Of a stretch of 64,000 bases of DNA, positions 11,865 through 22,257 are shown in pieces. Every line of letters starts with the position of its first letter. Position 1 is the stretch's first letter. Origin of the DNA: an uncultured Pseudomonadota bacterium (lineage in GTDB: Bacteria; Myxococcota_A; Polyangia; Fen-1088); contig CAWKBC010000027.1 in assembly GCA_963847705.1 (NCBI GenBank), positions 224,001 through 288,000 of the forward strand, given 5' to 3'. The notes under the pieces were generated by a model. The model was not told the DNA's origin. It saw only the letters and a list, made by a program, of their open reading frames with translations, and searched no databases. Position numbers and translations under genes: made by a program.

Positions 11865-12896
11865 ATGAAGATCCTGTTCATCGGTGGTACGGGGAACATC
11901 AGCTCGACGCTGAGCAAGCTGGTCGTCGAGCGGGGCCACGAGTTGCACCTGCTCAATCGCGGCAAAAGCAGCAAGCACCCTCTGCCCGCCGGCGTCCGGG
12001 TCATCAACCACGACATCCACAGCGGCGGACCCGGCTCCCTTCCGGCCGAGCTGCGCGGCGCCCGCTACGACGTGGTGGTCAACTGGATCGCCTTCCTGCC
12101 GTCGGACGTCGAGCGCGACCTGGCCTGGTTCGCGGGGGGGGCCAAGGGCGCGACCACGGGCGCGACCGAAGCCGCCACCACCGGCCAGTACATCTTCATC
12201 AGCTCGGCCTCCGCCTACCAGAAGCCGCCCGCCCACCCGATGATCACCGAGTCGACGCCGCTGGCCAACCCCTACTGGGAGTACTCGCGCAACAAGATCG
12301 CCTGCGAGGAGACGCTGATGCGCGCCCACCGGGCGACCGGTTTCCCGATGACGATCGTGCGCCCGTCCAACACCTACGACACCATCGTGCCGGTGGCGGT
12401 CAGCAAGTCCGACTTCACCATCATCGACCGCATCCGGCGCGGGCTGCCGATCATCATCCACGGCGAGGGGACGTCGCTCTGGACGCTGACCCACGCCGAC
12501 GACTTCGCGCGCGCGTTCCTCGGCCTCTGCGGCAACCCGCGCGCCATCGGCCACGCCTTCCACATCACCTCGGACGAGTGGCTGACCTGGGACCAGATCC
12601 TGCGCCTGGTCGGGCGCGCGGCGGGCGCCGAGCCGAACCTGGTTCACGTCCCGAGCGAGTTCATCGCCAAGCTCGACCCCGACACGGGCGCCGGCCTGCT
12701 GGGCGACAAGAGCTGGTGCGCGCTCTTCGACAACAGCAAGATCAAATCGTTCGTCCCGGGCTGGCACGCCGAGATCCCCTTCGCCGAGGGGATCCGGAGG
12801 ACCGTCGCCTGGTTCGACGCCGACAGGTCGCGCCAGGCGATCGACGCGGCGGCCAACACGCGCGTCGACGAGATCCTGGCCGCCTGGAAGCGCTAG
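11865..12896 (+). CDS. NAD-dependent epimerase/dehydratase (extended SDR)
   Basis: GGTGNIS Rossmann motif, ISSASAY, YSRNK catalytic motif. Confidence 0.9.
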   Translation: MKILFIGGTGNISSTLSKLVVERGHELHLLNRGKSSKHPLPAGVRVINHDIHSGGPGSLPAELRGARYDVVVNWIAFLPSDVERDLAWFAGGAKGATTGATEAATTGQYIFISSASAYQKPPAHPMITESTPLANPYWEYSRNKIACEETLMRAHRATGFPMTIVRPSNTYDTIVPVAVSKSDFTIIDRIRRGLPIIIHGEGTSLWTLTHADDFARAFLGLCGNPRAIGHAFHITSDEWLTWDQILRLVGRAAGAEPNLVHVPSEFIAKLDPDTGAGLLGDKSWCALFDNSKIKSFVPGWHAEIPFAEGIRRTVAWFDADRSRQAIDAAANTRVDEILAAWKR

Positions 12897-12948
12897 CGAC
12901 CATGCCGAGGGACTGGGCTCCGCGGGTCACCGGGCGGGCCGGACGCGT

Positions 12949-13404
12949 ATGACGCCGGAGAGACAGCTCGCGTCCTTCATCGACGCCTACTCGCCGGAGG
13001 TCGCCGCGGTGGCGAAGGCCACGCTGGTCACGATGCGGAAGCGCCTGCCGGGCGCCGTCGAGCTGGTGTGGGACAACTACAACGCCCTGGCGATCGCCTT
13101 CGGGTCATCCGAGAAGCTGGCCGATGTCATCTTCTCGATCGCGCTCTACCCGCGTTGGGTCAGCCTCTTCTTCAAGCACGGGGCGACGCTGGCCGATCCC
13201 GAGAAGCTGTTGAAGGGGAGGGGAGATGCGATGCGCCACATCGTTCTCGAGGGTGCCGCCAGCTTGAACCGCGCCGCCGTTCGGAAGCTGATGGACCAGG
13301 CCCAGGCGTCGGCGAACAATCCGATCGATCCCCAGGGCAAGCACCGGATCGTCATCAAGGCGATCTCCGCGAAGCAACGTCCACGACGGCCTGGTCGGCC
13401 GTAA
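12949..13404 (+). CDS. DUF1801 (YdhG-like) protein
   Basis: ELVWDNYNAL, VSLFFKHGATLADPEKLLKGRG...MRHI motifs. Confidence 0.8.
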   Translation: MTPERQLASFIDAYSPEVAAVAKATLVTMRKRLPGAVELVWDNYNALAIAFGSSEKLADVIFSIALYPRWVSLFFKHGATLADPEKLLKGRGDAMRHIVLEGAASLNRAAVRKLMDQAQASANNPIDPQGKHRIVIKAISAKQRPRRPGRP

Positions 13405-13445
13405 GGCCCACGCCGCGGCCGGCTCAGCATCCGCCCGGCGCGGCC

Positions 13446-13607
13446 TTGGCAGAGAGACTGCTGGACCGCGTGCGCGGCGTGCTCCGCGCTCGTCATTACA
13501 GCCCACGCACAGAAGAGAGCCACGCGGCCTGGATTCGCCGGTTCATCCTCTTTCACAGCGTCGGCGAGATGTCGTGCGATCCGGCGGCCGACGCCGCCGG
13601 GCGGTGA
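13446..13607 (+). pseudogene. intI: Integron integrase N-terminal (SAM-like) fragment
   Basis: RLLDRVRGVLRARHYSPRTEESHAAWIRRFILFH matches the IntI N-terminus (LLDQVRxxIRxxHYSxRTExxYxxWIRRFILFH); similarity ends after FH and no catalytic domain follows. Confidence 0.75.
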
Positions 13608-13726
13608 GCTCGTGCCGCCGGGCCGCGGGCTGCCCCGGGGCCCCGCGCGGCCATGATACGCTCGGGCGCGAACCTCGCGTTCGCTGCTGGACGGCAGGTT
13701 CATTGGGCGCACGGTCGAGGGTCGCA

Positions 13727-14212
13727 GTGGGAGAACGTTCTACGAACCTGAGCCTTCAGCATCTTCCCCCTGGACAGGCATGGATCGCATCCGAGCTTGT
13801 GATGCGATCCTATCGGGCAGCAACGACGACCAACGACTCCGAAGAAGGTGTCGAAGAGTTCACGAGATACGCGTCCGCCGCTGGCATCAGCAGTCGAATG
13901 GGCCAAGGCAGTATCGTGGTGATGGCTCTTCTCGGTGCCGTCGCGATCGGCGTCGCAGAGGTCAGGAGGCCCGGACACATTGGACTCCTGTTCGTCTGTC
14001 CCGATCACCAAGGCCGCGGCGTTGGCCGCAGCCTGTGCGAGGCAGCCTTTGAGGCCGCCGCGCGAATGCTCCCTCTCCCGCCGAAGGTGACGGTGAACTC
14101 CGCCCCTGGAGCGGTGGCTTTCTACGAGAAGCTGGGCTTTCTGGTGAGCGGCGCGCTGACCGAGCTCAAAGGCATACGGTTTGTTCCCATGGAGAGGGAA
14201 GTCGGCGTCTGA
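13727..14212 (+). CDS. GNAT family N-acetyltransferase (possible gene cassette)
   Basis: HIGLLFVCPDHQGRGVGRSL acetyl-CoA motif, VNSAPGAVAFYEKLGF; more AT-rich than flanks; start uncertain. Confidence 0.85.
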   Translation: MGERSTNLSLQHLPPGQAWIASELVMRSYRAATTTNDSEEGVEEFTRYASAAGISSRMGQGSIVVMALLGAVAIGVAEVRRPGHIGLLFVCPDHQGRGVGRSLCEAAFEAAARMLPLPPKVTVNSAPGAVAFYEKLGFLVSGALTELKGIRFVPMEREVGV

Positions 14213-14265
14213 GCGTGCAACAGCGGACGGGCCTGCGCCCGTCGCTGCACACGATGGCGCTGAAC
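14207..14265 (+). other. Degenerate attC-like site 1
   Basis: CAGCGGAC (L'' with extra G) pairs with GTCGCTG (L') around a GGGC-CTGC-GCCC hairpin; outer R boxes eroded (GTCTGAG / GCTGAAC); overlaps GNAT stop codon. Confidence 0.5.
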
Positions 14266-14273
14266 GGACCCGC

Positions 14274-14355
14274 CTCGAACACGCGGTCCGCCAGCACCCG
14301 CGGGCGGTCCGAGGCGACGCAATCGTCTTCGCGGACCACGCGTGTGGTGTTGGGC
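14274..14355 (+). other. Degenerate attC-like site 2
   Basis: AAC-ACGCG-GTCCGC ... GCGGAC-CA-CGCGT ... GTTGGGC; ends in a perfect GTTRRRY with ATG 2 nt later. Confidence 0.4.
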
Positions 14356-14581
14356 CTATGCGGCGGAGCTCGACACTGAGAGCGAGCGCCTGGTTGTGCG
14401 CATCGTCGGAACCGGCACCGGCTGCTGGGGCAGGAGAGATGATCGCAGGAGGCGTCGAAGGCCGCGGGGAAGCCGGCCGTGTACCACCAGGCGCAGCTCC
14501 CAGGCGGATGCTGCTGGTCAGCTCGAAGAGGTCGGACGAAAACGCATAGGTCCCGTGCGCCGCGGAAGAGCGCTCCCCCCT

Positions 14582-15406
14582 TCAGCCCAGGCCGTGGCGC
14601 TTGAGCGCCTGCTGGCGCAGCGAGACGTTCAGGAGGTGGTGACGCACCACCGCGAACATGGCCGTCGCCGTGAGCACCGAGACCGCCAGATCGTGGAGGT
14701 GGCGGTCCTCGCGTCCGGGCGTGTGCAGCATCAACGCAAACCCGAGCAGCGGGATCACCAGGACCACCGACAGGAGCTGCCAGTAGCCCCGGACCTTTTG
14801 CCCCTTCAGCGTCAGCCGGGTGCAGGCGGTGTCCTCCACGGCGAGATCGCGCAGCGTCGCCTCCCGGACGACCAGGTTGCGTTCGTTGCAGAACTCCTCG
14901 ACGTTCCGCCGGTGGCGGCCGAGCAGGTCGACGACGTCGACGTTCTGAACCTCGGCGCGCCGATAGCGCGGGCCGACGTCCCCGGACAGGCCGGCGCCCG
15001 GGCAGGCCGTCTGCACCATCCCGCCGCCGTGCAGCAGGGTCACCGCGCCGAATCTGACCGGCTCGTCGAGGACGACCCGGTGCAGCGCGACGAAGGTTCT
15101 CCCATCGGCGGCGGCCAGCCAGCGCTCACCCTGCAGGGACTGCCGGTGCCAGCGCAGCGGCGTGTTGAACCAGCAGGTCTCCGTCGTCGTGCCGAGCGGC
15201 TTGAACCCGGCCGCGACCAGCTGACTGAATCGCAGCCGATAGCTCGGATCACCCGGGCCAGGCTCGACGCTGAACGGGTCCTCGAGCACAACCACCCGGA
15301 CCGGCCGCCACCCGATGCTCACCATCAACAGAGGGACGAGCATCCAGATCAGCCCCAGCGCGGCGGCGGCGCAGAGGATCCAGTCGATGGCGACGGTCGC
15401 GGGCAC
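14582..15406 (-). CDS. Hypothetical membrane protein
   Basis: N-terminal TM and two C-terminal TM helices; host-like codon usage. Confidence 0.7.
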   Translation of the reverse strand: MPATVAIDWILCAAAALGLIWMLVPLLMVSIGWRPVRVVVLEDPFSVEPGPGDPSYRLRFSQLVAAGFKPLGTTTETCWFNTPLRWHRQSLQGERWLAAADGRTFVALHRVVLDEPVRFGAVTLLHGGGMVQTACPGAGLSGDVGPRYRRAEVQNVDVVDLLGRHRRNVEEFCNERNLVVREATLRDLAVEDTACTRLTLKGQKVRGYWQLLSVVLVIPLLGFALMLHTPGREDRHLHDLAVSVLTATAMFAVVRHHLLNVSLRQQALKRHGLG

Positions 15407-15433
15407 CGTGCCCTCAGCCCCGCAAGGAATGCA

Positions 15434-15586
15434 TCAGCGGATCGCGCGGAACCACGCATCGATCAGGAACTGGCAGACGACCAGGAGCAATCCCGCGAAG
15501 AGGCCGATGCCCACCATCTTCACCGCGAAGCCAGCGCTCCCCATCAATCGCCGCTCAACCCCGAACCGCCGCGCCAGGACAGACAT
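15434..15586 (-). CDS. Small single-TM protein (50 aa, absent from ORF track)
   Basis: GGAGG RBS then MSVLARRFGVERRLMGSAGFAVKMVGIGLFAGLLLVVCQFLIDAWFRAIR. Confidence 0.6.
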   Translation of the reverse strand: MSVLARRFGVERRLMGSAGFAVKMVGIGLFAGLLLVVCQFLIDAWFRAIR

Positions 15587-15603
15587 CTTTCTTTACCTCC
15601 AGA

Positions 15604-15619
15604 TGGCACGAAGGTAGCT
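15604..15619 (+). promoter_or_regulatory. Putative sigma54 (-24/-12) promoter of the kinase/regulator operon
   Basis: TGGCACG-AAGG-TAGCT; GG-N10-GC spacing exact, one mismatch to TGGCACG-N4-TTGCW. Confidence 0.6.
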
Positions 15620-15721
15620 CGGGCGTCGTCAAGGGGTGGTTTCGGAGCGGAGCAAGGTGTGTAAAACCTGGCTGGCGGTGCTAGCGTTCGAGTCCTGACT
15701 CTCCGGACCGAGCTCTCGCTG

Positions 15722-17613
15722 GTGCTGTCGTCGCTGCTGGTCGTGTCGATCGGCCTCGCGGGCGGGACCACCATCTACCAGTCGGCGCGCACCATGCGCC
15801 GCGAGCTGACCACCGAGTACCAGCTGTTCGCCGAGAACCGCGCCTTCGCGCTGCGCGACAACTTCGAGATCCTCGAGGACGAGCTCAAGCGCCTGGCGCT
15901 CTTGCCGGAGATGAACCCGACCGATCCCGATCTGCTGCAAGAGGAGCAGATCCTGGCCGGCGCGCACGCCCACTCGGTCCTCTACAACGCGGCGGTGCTG
16001 CTGCTCGACCGCAACGGCCACTGCGTGCGTTCGGTCCCCGACCAGTCGGCCTTCGGCGGCCAGTCGTTCGGGGATCGCTCCTGGTTCCGCTCGGTGCGGG
16101 GCGGGGAGGCGGGGCCGCTCTTTCGCATCACCGACGAGCCGACGCTGGGACAGACGCTGAAGATCGTGCAGCCGATCGTCCGCGGCGGGACCTTCACCGG
16201 CGCGCTGGTCGGGGTCATCGCGCTCGCCGAGAACAACCTGATCGCGCCGACCTTTCGCGAGAACCTGCCGCGCGACACCGACGCGGTCCTCATCGACGAG
16301 GACGCGCAACTCGAGCGGGCAGGGGGCGTCATCTATCCACCCGGCCGGCCGCGGGTGATGGGCGGCTCCAGCTGGGCTGAGGCGATCACCGCCGCCTCCT
16401 ACGGACAGAGCGGGACGCTGATCGGCGAGGCCAATGGCCAGAAGGCGCTGTTCGCCTACGCCCCGGTCGGCGGCGGGACCCGGTACGCGGTGGTCTTCTC
16501 CTGGCCCTGGCGGACGCTGACCGCCAACATCGAGCAGCAGGGAGCGACCCTGGGCGGGATCCTGGTGTTCGGCATCCTGGTGGCGACCATCGCCGGCGTG
16601 CTGCTGTCGGCCTACCTGACCCGGCCGCTGCAGGCGCTGGCCGCCGGGGCGATCCGCATCGCGCGCGGCGAGCACCTCCCGGCGGCCTCCACCCCGCGCC
16701 CGGCGGGGACCGAGGAGATCTCCACGCTGCTGGGCGCGTTCGAGCAGATGGAGGACTCGATCCAGAAGCGCGACCAGGAACTGCGCGAAGCGGCCGGAAT
16801 GCTGGAGCAGCGCGTCCGTGACCGCACGCAGGAGCTGGTGGCGACGCAGGCGGCGCTGGTCGAGGCCGAGCGCTTCGCGGCGATGGGCAAGACCTCGGCG
16901 GCGATCGCGCACGAGCTGAAGAACGCGCTCAACGGCCTGGGGATGGCGGTCGAGCTCATCGCCCAGGATCCCTCCAACACCACGCGGGTGGCGCGCTTGC
17001 GCCCGCAGGTGGTCGGCGAGATCGCGCGCCTGCGCGACGTGGTCGATTCGCTGCTCTCGTTCTCGCGCTCGCCGCGCATCGAGCGCGCGCCGGCGGATCT
17101 GGCGGCGGTGGTCGCGCGCGCGTCGGAGGCGGTCACCGACCTGGTCGCCGACCGCAGCGTCGTCCTGACCGTCAACGCGCCCCCCACGCTGCCGTTCCGC
17201 TGCGACGCCCACAAGATCCAGGGGGTGATGGTGAACCTGATCAAGAACGCCGTCGAAGCGGGGCGCACCGTCCTGGTCTCCGTGGGGGCGCGCGGCGGCG
17301 AGGCGCGCATCGAGGTCTCCGACGACGGCCCGGGGCTGTCGCCCGAGGCGCGCGCCCACCTGTTCGAGCCGTTCTTCACCACCAAGCCGAACGGCACCGG
17401 GTTGGGGCTGCCGACCTCGCGGCGTTTCGTGGAGGCGCACGGCGGGGCGATCGACGTCGGCACCTCCGAGCTGGGGGGCGCTCTCTTCCGCGTGCGGCTG
17501 CCGCTCGAGGTAGAACCCAACCTGGAGAGCGATCGCGCGGAGGCAGCCGGGATTCGCCCGGCGGAGTCCGTCGCGGGGGGGAGCGGGGACCCTCTCAGGG
17601 TCCCCGAAAACAG

Positions 17614-17617
<4 letters not shown>
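15722..17617 (+). CDS. Sensor histidine kinase (Cache-like sensor, HAMP, HisKA, HATPase)
   Basis: Two TMs around a Cache-like region (DRSWF), AHELKNAL H-box, NLIKNA, DDGPG, FFTTK..GTGLGL; true start may be CTG 15695. Confidence 0.9.
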
Positions 17618-19008
<1,391 letters not shown>

Positions 19009-19033
19009 CCGGTTGCCCGCCGCCGTTCGTGGT

Positions 19034-19786
19034 CTACCCGCCGCTGGGGATCATGTAACTGGTCAGCTCCTCCAGGTGCCCCGTGGTGTTCGACTCGCGG
19101 ATCTTGCCGACGCCGGGCACGAACCACTGGCTCTTGGCGGTGCCGTCGGAGGTGTCGGTGCGGGTGATCTTGAGCGCGCTGAACGTCCCGGCCGGCACGG
19201 TGACCGTCTCGTTGACGGCGTCGGTGGTCCAGTTCTCGGTGATCGTCTTGTTGGTGGCCGGCTTGCTGGCCGAGGTGTGGGCGTCCATGTAGCTCAAGGT
19301 CCAGGCCGCGCCCGCCATGAGGTGGTCGGGTGATTCGTCGACCCGCAGATCGTACGGCGTGTACCAGTCCTCCGACGACATCACGCCGTTGGCGTCGACC
19401 TGCTGGTCGTGGTGGCGGCGCACGTCGGTGGCGGTCGACTCGTACCAGGTCAGCTGGGTGCTGGTCTTGATCGTCTCGCTGACCTTGTAGCCCATGATCC
19501 CCGCGGCGATGCCGCCGATGTCCTCGTACGACTCGACGGCGCTGTTCTTGACGTAGGCCACCCCGGTGTCGGTGACGTTGTAGACCCAGGTCGTCCCCAC
19601 GACCAACGGCTGGTAACGACCGCTCGTCACCAGCGGCACCGCGCCGTCAGCCGCCAGCGCTCCGCTGCTTCCGCCGCTGCCGCTGGTGCTCCCCACGCTT
19701 CCGCCACTTCCGCTGCTGCTGCACCCGGCCCCCGCCACCGCCGCCAGCGCGGCGAAAGGAATGATCTTCACCACCAAGAAACGCAT
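19034..19786 (-). CDS. Lipoprotein of unknown function (beta-rich)
   Basis: Lipobox AGAGC, Gly/Ser linker, VTVPAGTF...WFVPGVGKIRE motif; AGGAG RBS. Confidence 0.8.
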   Translation of the reverse strand: MRFLVVKIIPFAALAAVAGAGCSSSGSGGSVGSTSGSGGSSGALAADGAVPLVTSGRYQPLVVGTTWVYNVTDTGVAYVKNSAVESYEDIGGIAAGIMGYKVSETIKTSTQLTWYESTATDVRRHHDQQVDANGVMSSEDWYTPYDLRVDESPDHLMAGAAWTLSYMDAHTSASKPATNKTITENWTTDAVNETVTVPAGTFSALKITRTDTSDGTAKSQWFVPGVGKIRESNTTGHLEELTSYMIPSGG

Positions 19787-19845
19787 GCTCGTGCTCCTTC
19801 CTACGTTGCCCCCATTGCCCCGTTCCCCTCGGGCCCGCGCCGCGG

Positions 19846-20535
19846 CTATGTGGCGGCGGGAGCCATCTTCCCTTCGTCGACCGTGACGGCGTGGATGCCG
19901 GCGATCTGCGTGTCGGCCAGCTGCCGCAGCACGGTGGAGGCGTCCATCGTCTCGCCGAGGACGGTCTCCATCACCAGCCGCCCCGGGCCTGGATTCCCGG
20001 TGGGGAGCTCCAGCACCCGCGCGCCCGGAAACGCCAGCTTGATCTGGTCCCAGGCGCTGCGCGGGTCGTCGAGCTGCACCGAGACCCGCACCAGGCGCAG
20101 CCGCGCCCGCCGGCCGAGGTCGAAGAGAGCCAGCACCACCCCTGCGAACAGCGTCGCCACCACCGCCATGGGGACGGCACCGAGACCGCAGGCCATGCCG
20201 ACGCCGATCATCACGAACATCACCGCGGCGTCGCGGGTGTCCTTGATCCCCGAACGAAACCGGATGAAGCCGCCCAGACCGACCAGGCCGAAGGCGCGCG
20301 CCGTGCTGTGGCCGATGACCACCACCATGAGCGCACCCGCCAGCGCGATCAGCGTCTGCGCCTGGGCGACCTCGCGCGCGGGCGGCAGCGCGTTGGGCAG
20401 GAGGCGCCGCCAGGGGCGAAAGCCCAGGAAGGCGCCCAGCAGCGACGCGATCACCATCCGCACCAGCACCACCTCGAACCTCGAGGTGCCCATCGTCTCG
20501 AGCCCCAGCGTGTCGTTGAGGTCGAAGGGCGACAT
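19846..20535 (-). CDS. DUF4956 / MgtC-SapB-like membrane protein
   Basis: ARAFGLVGLGGFIRFRSGIKDTRDAAVMFVMIGVGMACGLG motif, about 4 TMs, soluble C-terminal domain. Confidence 0.85.
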   Translation of the reverse strand: MSPFDLNDTLGLETMGTSRFEVVLVRMVIASLLGAFLGFRPWRRLLPNALPPAREVAQAQTLIALAGALMVVVIGHSTARAFGLVGLGGFIRFRSGIKDTRDAAVMFVMIGVGMACGLGAVPMAVVATLFAGVVLALFDLGRRARLRLVRVSVQLDDPRSAWDQIKLAFPGARVLELPTGNPGPGRLVMETVLGETMDASTVLRQLADTQIAGIHAVTVDEGKMAPAAT

Positions 20536-20537
20536 AC

Positions 20538-22247
20538 TCAGGCCGCCATCACGGAGAGCGTGAGATTGGCGCCGGTGGCGATGATGGCCGCCTGCTTGAG
20601 CAGCGAGATCTGGCCGGCGAATCCGGCCAGGGCGCGGTCGAGGAGCTCGCGCCCGCGCGCGCCGTTGACCAGGACGCCCAGGCTCTTGACCACGCTGGGG
20701 GGCCAGATCTCCAGGCAGGCCTCGCGGATCTCCCAGGCGGTGTCGTGATCGAGGCCGATCATCGAGTCGAGCGCCTCGCGGCAGCGCATGGCGGTTCCGG
20801 TGCGCAGCGCCCAGGCGCGCGCGTCGTCCATCCCGGCGATGGTCGAGAGCACGGCCTTGGGGGCGCGCCCGACCGCGCGCTCGCGCCAGAGCCAGGCCTT
20901 GTCGCTGCAGAGCCCTCGCAACGACGCGATGGCGGCCACCGGTGCCACGTCGCGCGCCGACTTGCGCAGCTTCCAGGCCTCCGGTCTGTCGAGCCCGGTC
21001 ACCGAACGGGCCAGGGCGCGCGCCCGGATATAGTTGCCGGCGGCGCGCCCGGGGCCGCCCTGCTCGGCGATCCAGCGCGCGCGAAGATCCCAGGCGCGTG
21101 GCACGTCGAGCAGCGCCAGCGAGGCCACCACCGCCTCCGGCACGCGCTCGAAGAGCTCGGCGCGCAGGGCCCAGGCGGTCTCGTCGTCGAGACCCTCGAG
21201 GCTGGAGGCCACCTCGGCCGGCGCGATGTCCGCCAGGAGCTCACGCATGGCCCAGGCCTCGGTGGCCTCGGCGGCCATGTCGGTGAGCGAGCTCGCGACC
21301 TCGGCGGGGGCCGATTCGACCAGCGCCCGGCGCAGCTGCCAGGAGGTGGCGTCCGACAGTCCGCGCAGCCCGCGCGCCACGATCCGGGGGACCGTCGCGG
21401 AGAAGGCGAGGCGGCGCTGGTCGATCCCTGGTCCCGCCGTTCCTGACAGCACGTAAGCCGCCAGGCCGGGCTCCGAGCGCGCGCGCCGATCGACCCAGGC
21501 CAAGAAGGCGTCCAGCGCCGAGCGAGGGCCGTCGACCTGCGGGACCGCGGACGGTGGGGCGAGGGTGGCCAGACGCGCGCGCGCCTCCTTGATCGCCGCC
21601 TCGCGGTCGATCATGGCGCGCGCGATGGCGTCGACGATCGCGCCGACCACCTGGTCCAGCGCGGCATCGCTGTTCTCGACGATGATCCAGCGCGCGCTGT
21701 CACGCCCGGCCAGGGCGCGGTAGCCAGCCCGCAGGCGGGTTTGCAGACCGCTGCCGGTCAGCCCCTTGCGCGACACCGGCCGGCGGTCGGGCGAGAGGAT
21801 CTTGGCCACCTTGCGCCGCCCCCGCGCCACCGACGGGTCGACGTCGATGAGGAAGGCCAGCTCCGGCCAGAGTCCCCCCGCGGCCGTGGCCAGCACCGGG
21901 TCGATCTCCTGGCTGGGAAGATCGCGCCCCGCCTGCGCCAGCACCTCGGCGGTGTAGAGGTAGCGATCCGCGATGACCACGTCGGCGCGTCCGAGCGCCG
22001 GGCGCAGCACCTCGTCGGCCAGCTGGACCTCGCGGGCCACGTAGAGCATCAGCTCCGCCCGCGGGGAGAGCGCCATGTTGCGGGCGTCCCGGCAGAAGTC
22101 GCGAATCCCTTGCGTCACCTTGGAGGCGAAGGCCCCCTCCTCGCGCAGATGCTCGACCGTGAGGCCGCGCTCGCGCAGCATCTTGGCGACGCGATTCGAG
22201 ATCGTCGTCTTGCCACTGCCGTCGATCCCCTCGAATACGACAAACAT
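20538..22247 (-). CDS. Thymidylate kinase-fold protein fused to C-terminal helical repeats
   Basis: FEGIDGSGKTT P-loop, REEG, IADRYLYTAEV; about 350 aa extension of SLxGLDxxxAWxLR repeats. Confidence 0.85.
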   Translation of the reverse strand: MFVVFEGIDGSGKTTISNRVAKMLRERGLTVEHLREEGAFASKVTQGIRDFCRDARNMALSPRAELMLYVAREVQLADEVLRPALGRADVVIADRYLYTAEVLAQAGRDLPSQEIDPVLATAAGGLWPELAFLIDVDPSVARGRRKVAKILSPDRRPVSRKGLTGSGLQTRLRAGYRALAGRDSARWIIVENSDAALDQVVGAIVDAIARAMIDREAAIKEARARLATLAPPSAVPQVDGPRSALDAFLAWVDRRARSEPGLAAYVLSGTAGPGIDQRRLAFSATVPRIVARGLRGLSDATSWQLRRALVESAPAEVASSLTDMAAEATEAWAMRELLADIAPAEVASSLEGLDDETAWALRAELFERVPEAVVASLALLDVPRAWDLRARWIAEQGGPGRAAGNYIRARALARSVTGLDRPEAWKLRKSARDVAPVAAIASLRGLCSDKAWLWRERAVGRAPKAVLSTIAGMDDARAWALRTGTAMRCREALDSMIGLDHDTAWEIREACLEIWPPSVVKSLGVLVNGARGRELLDRALAGFAGQISLLKQAAIIATGANLTLSVMAA

Positions 22248-22257
22248 CCTTCTCACC

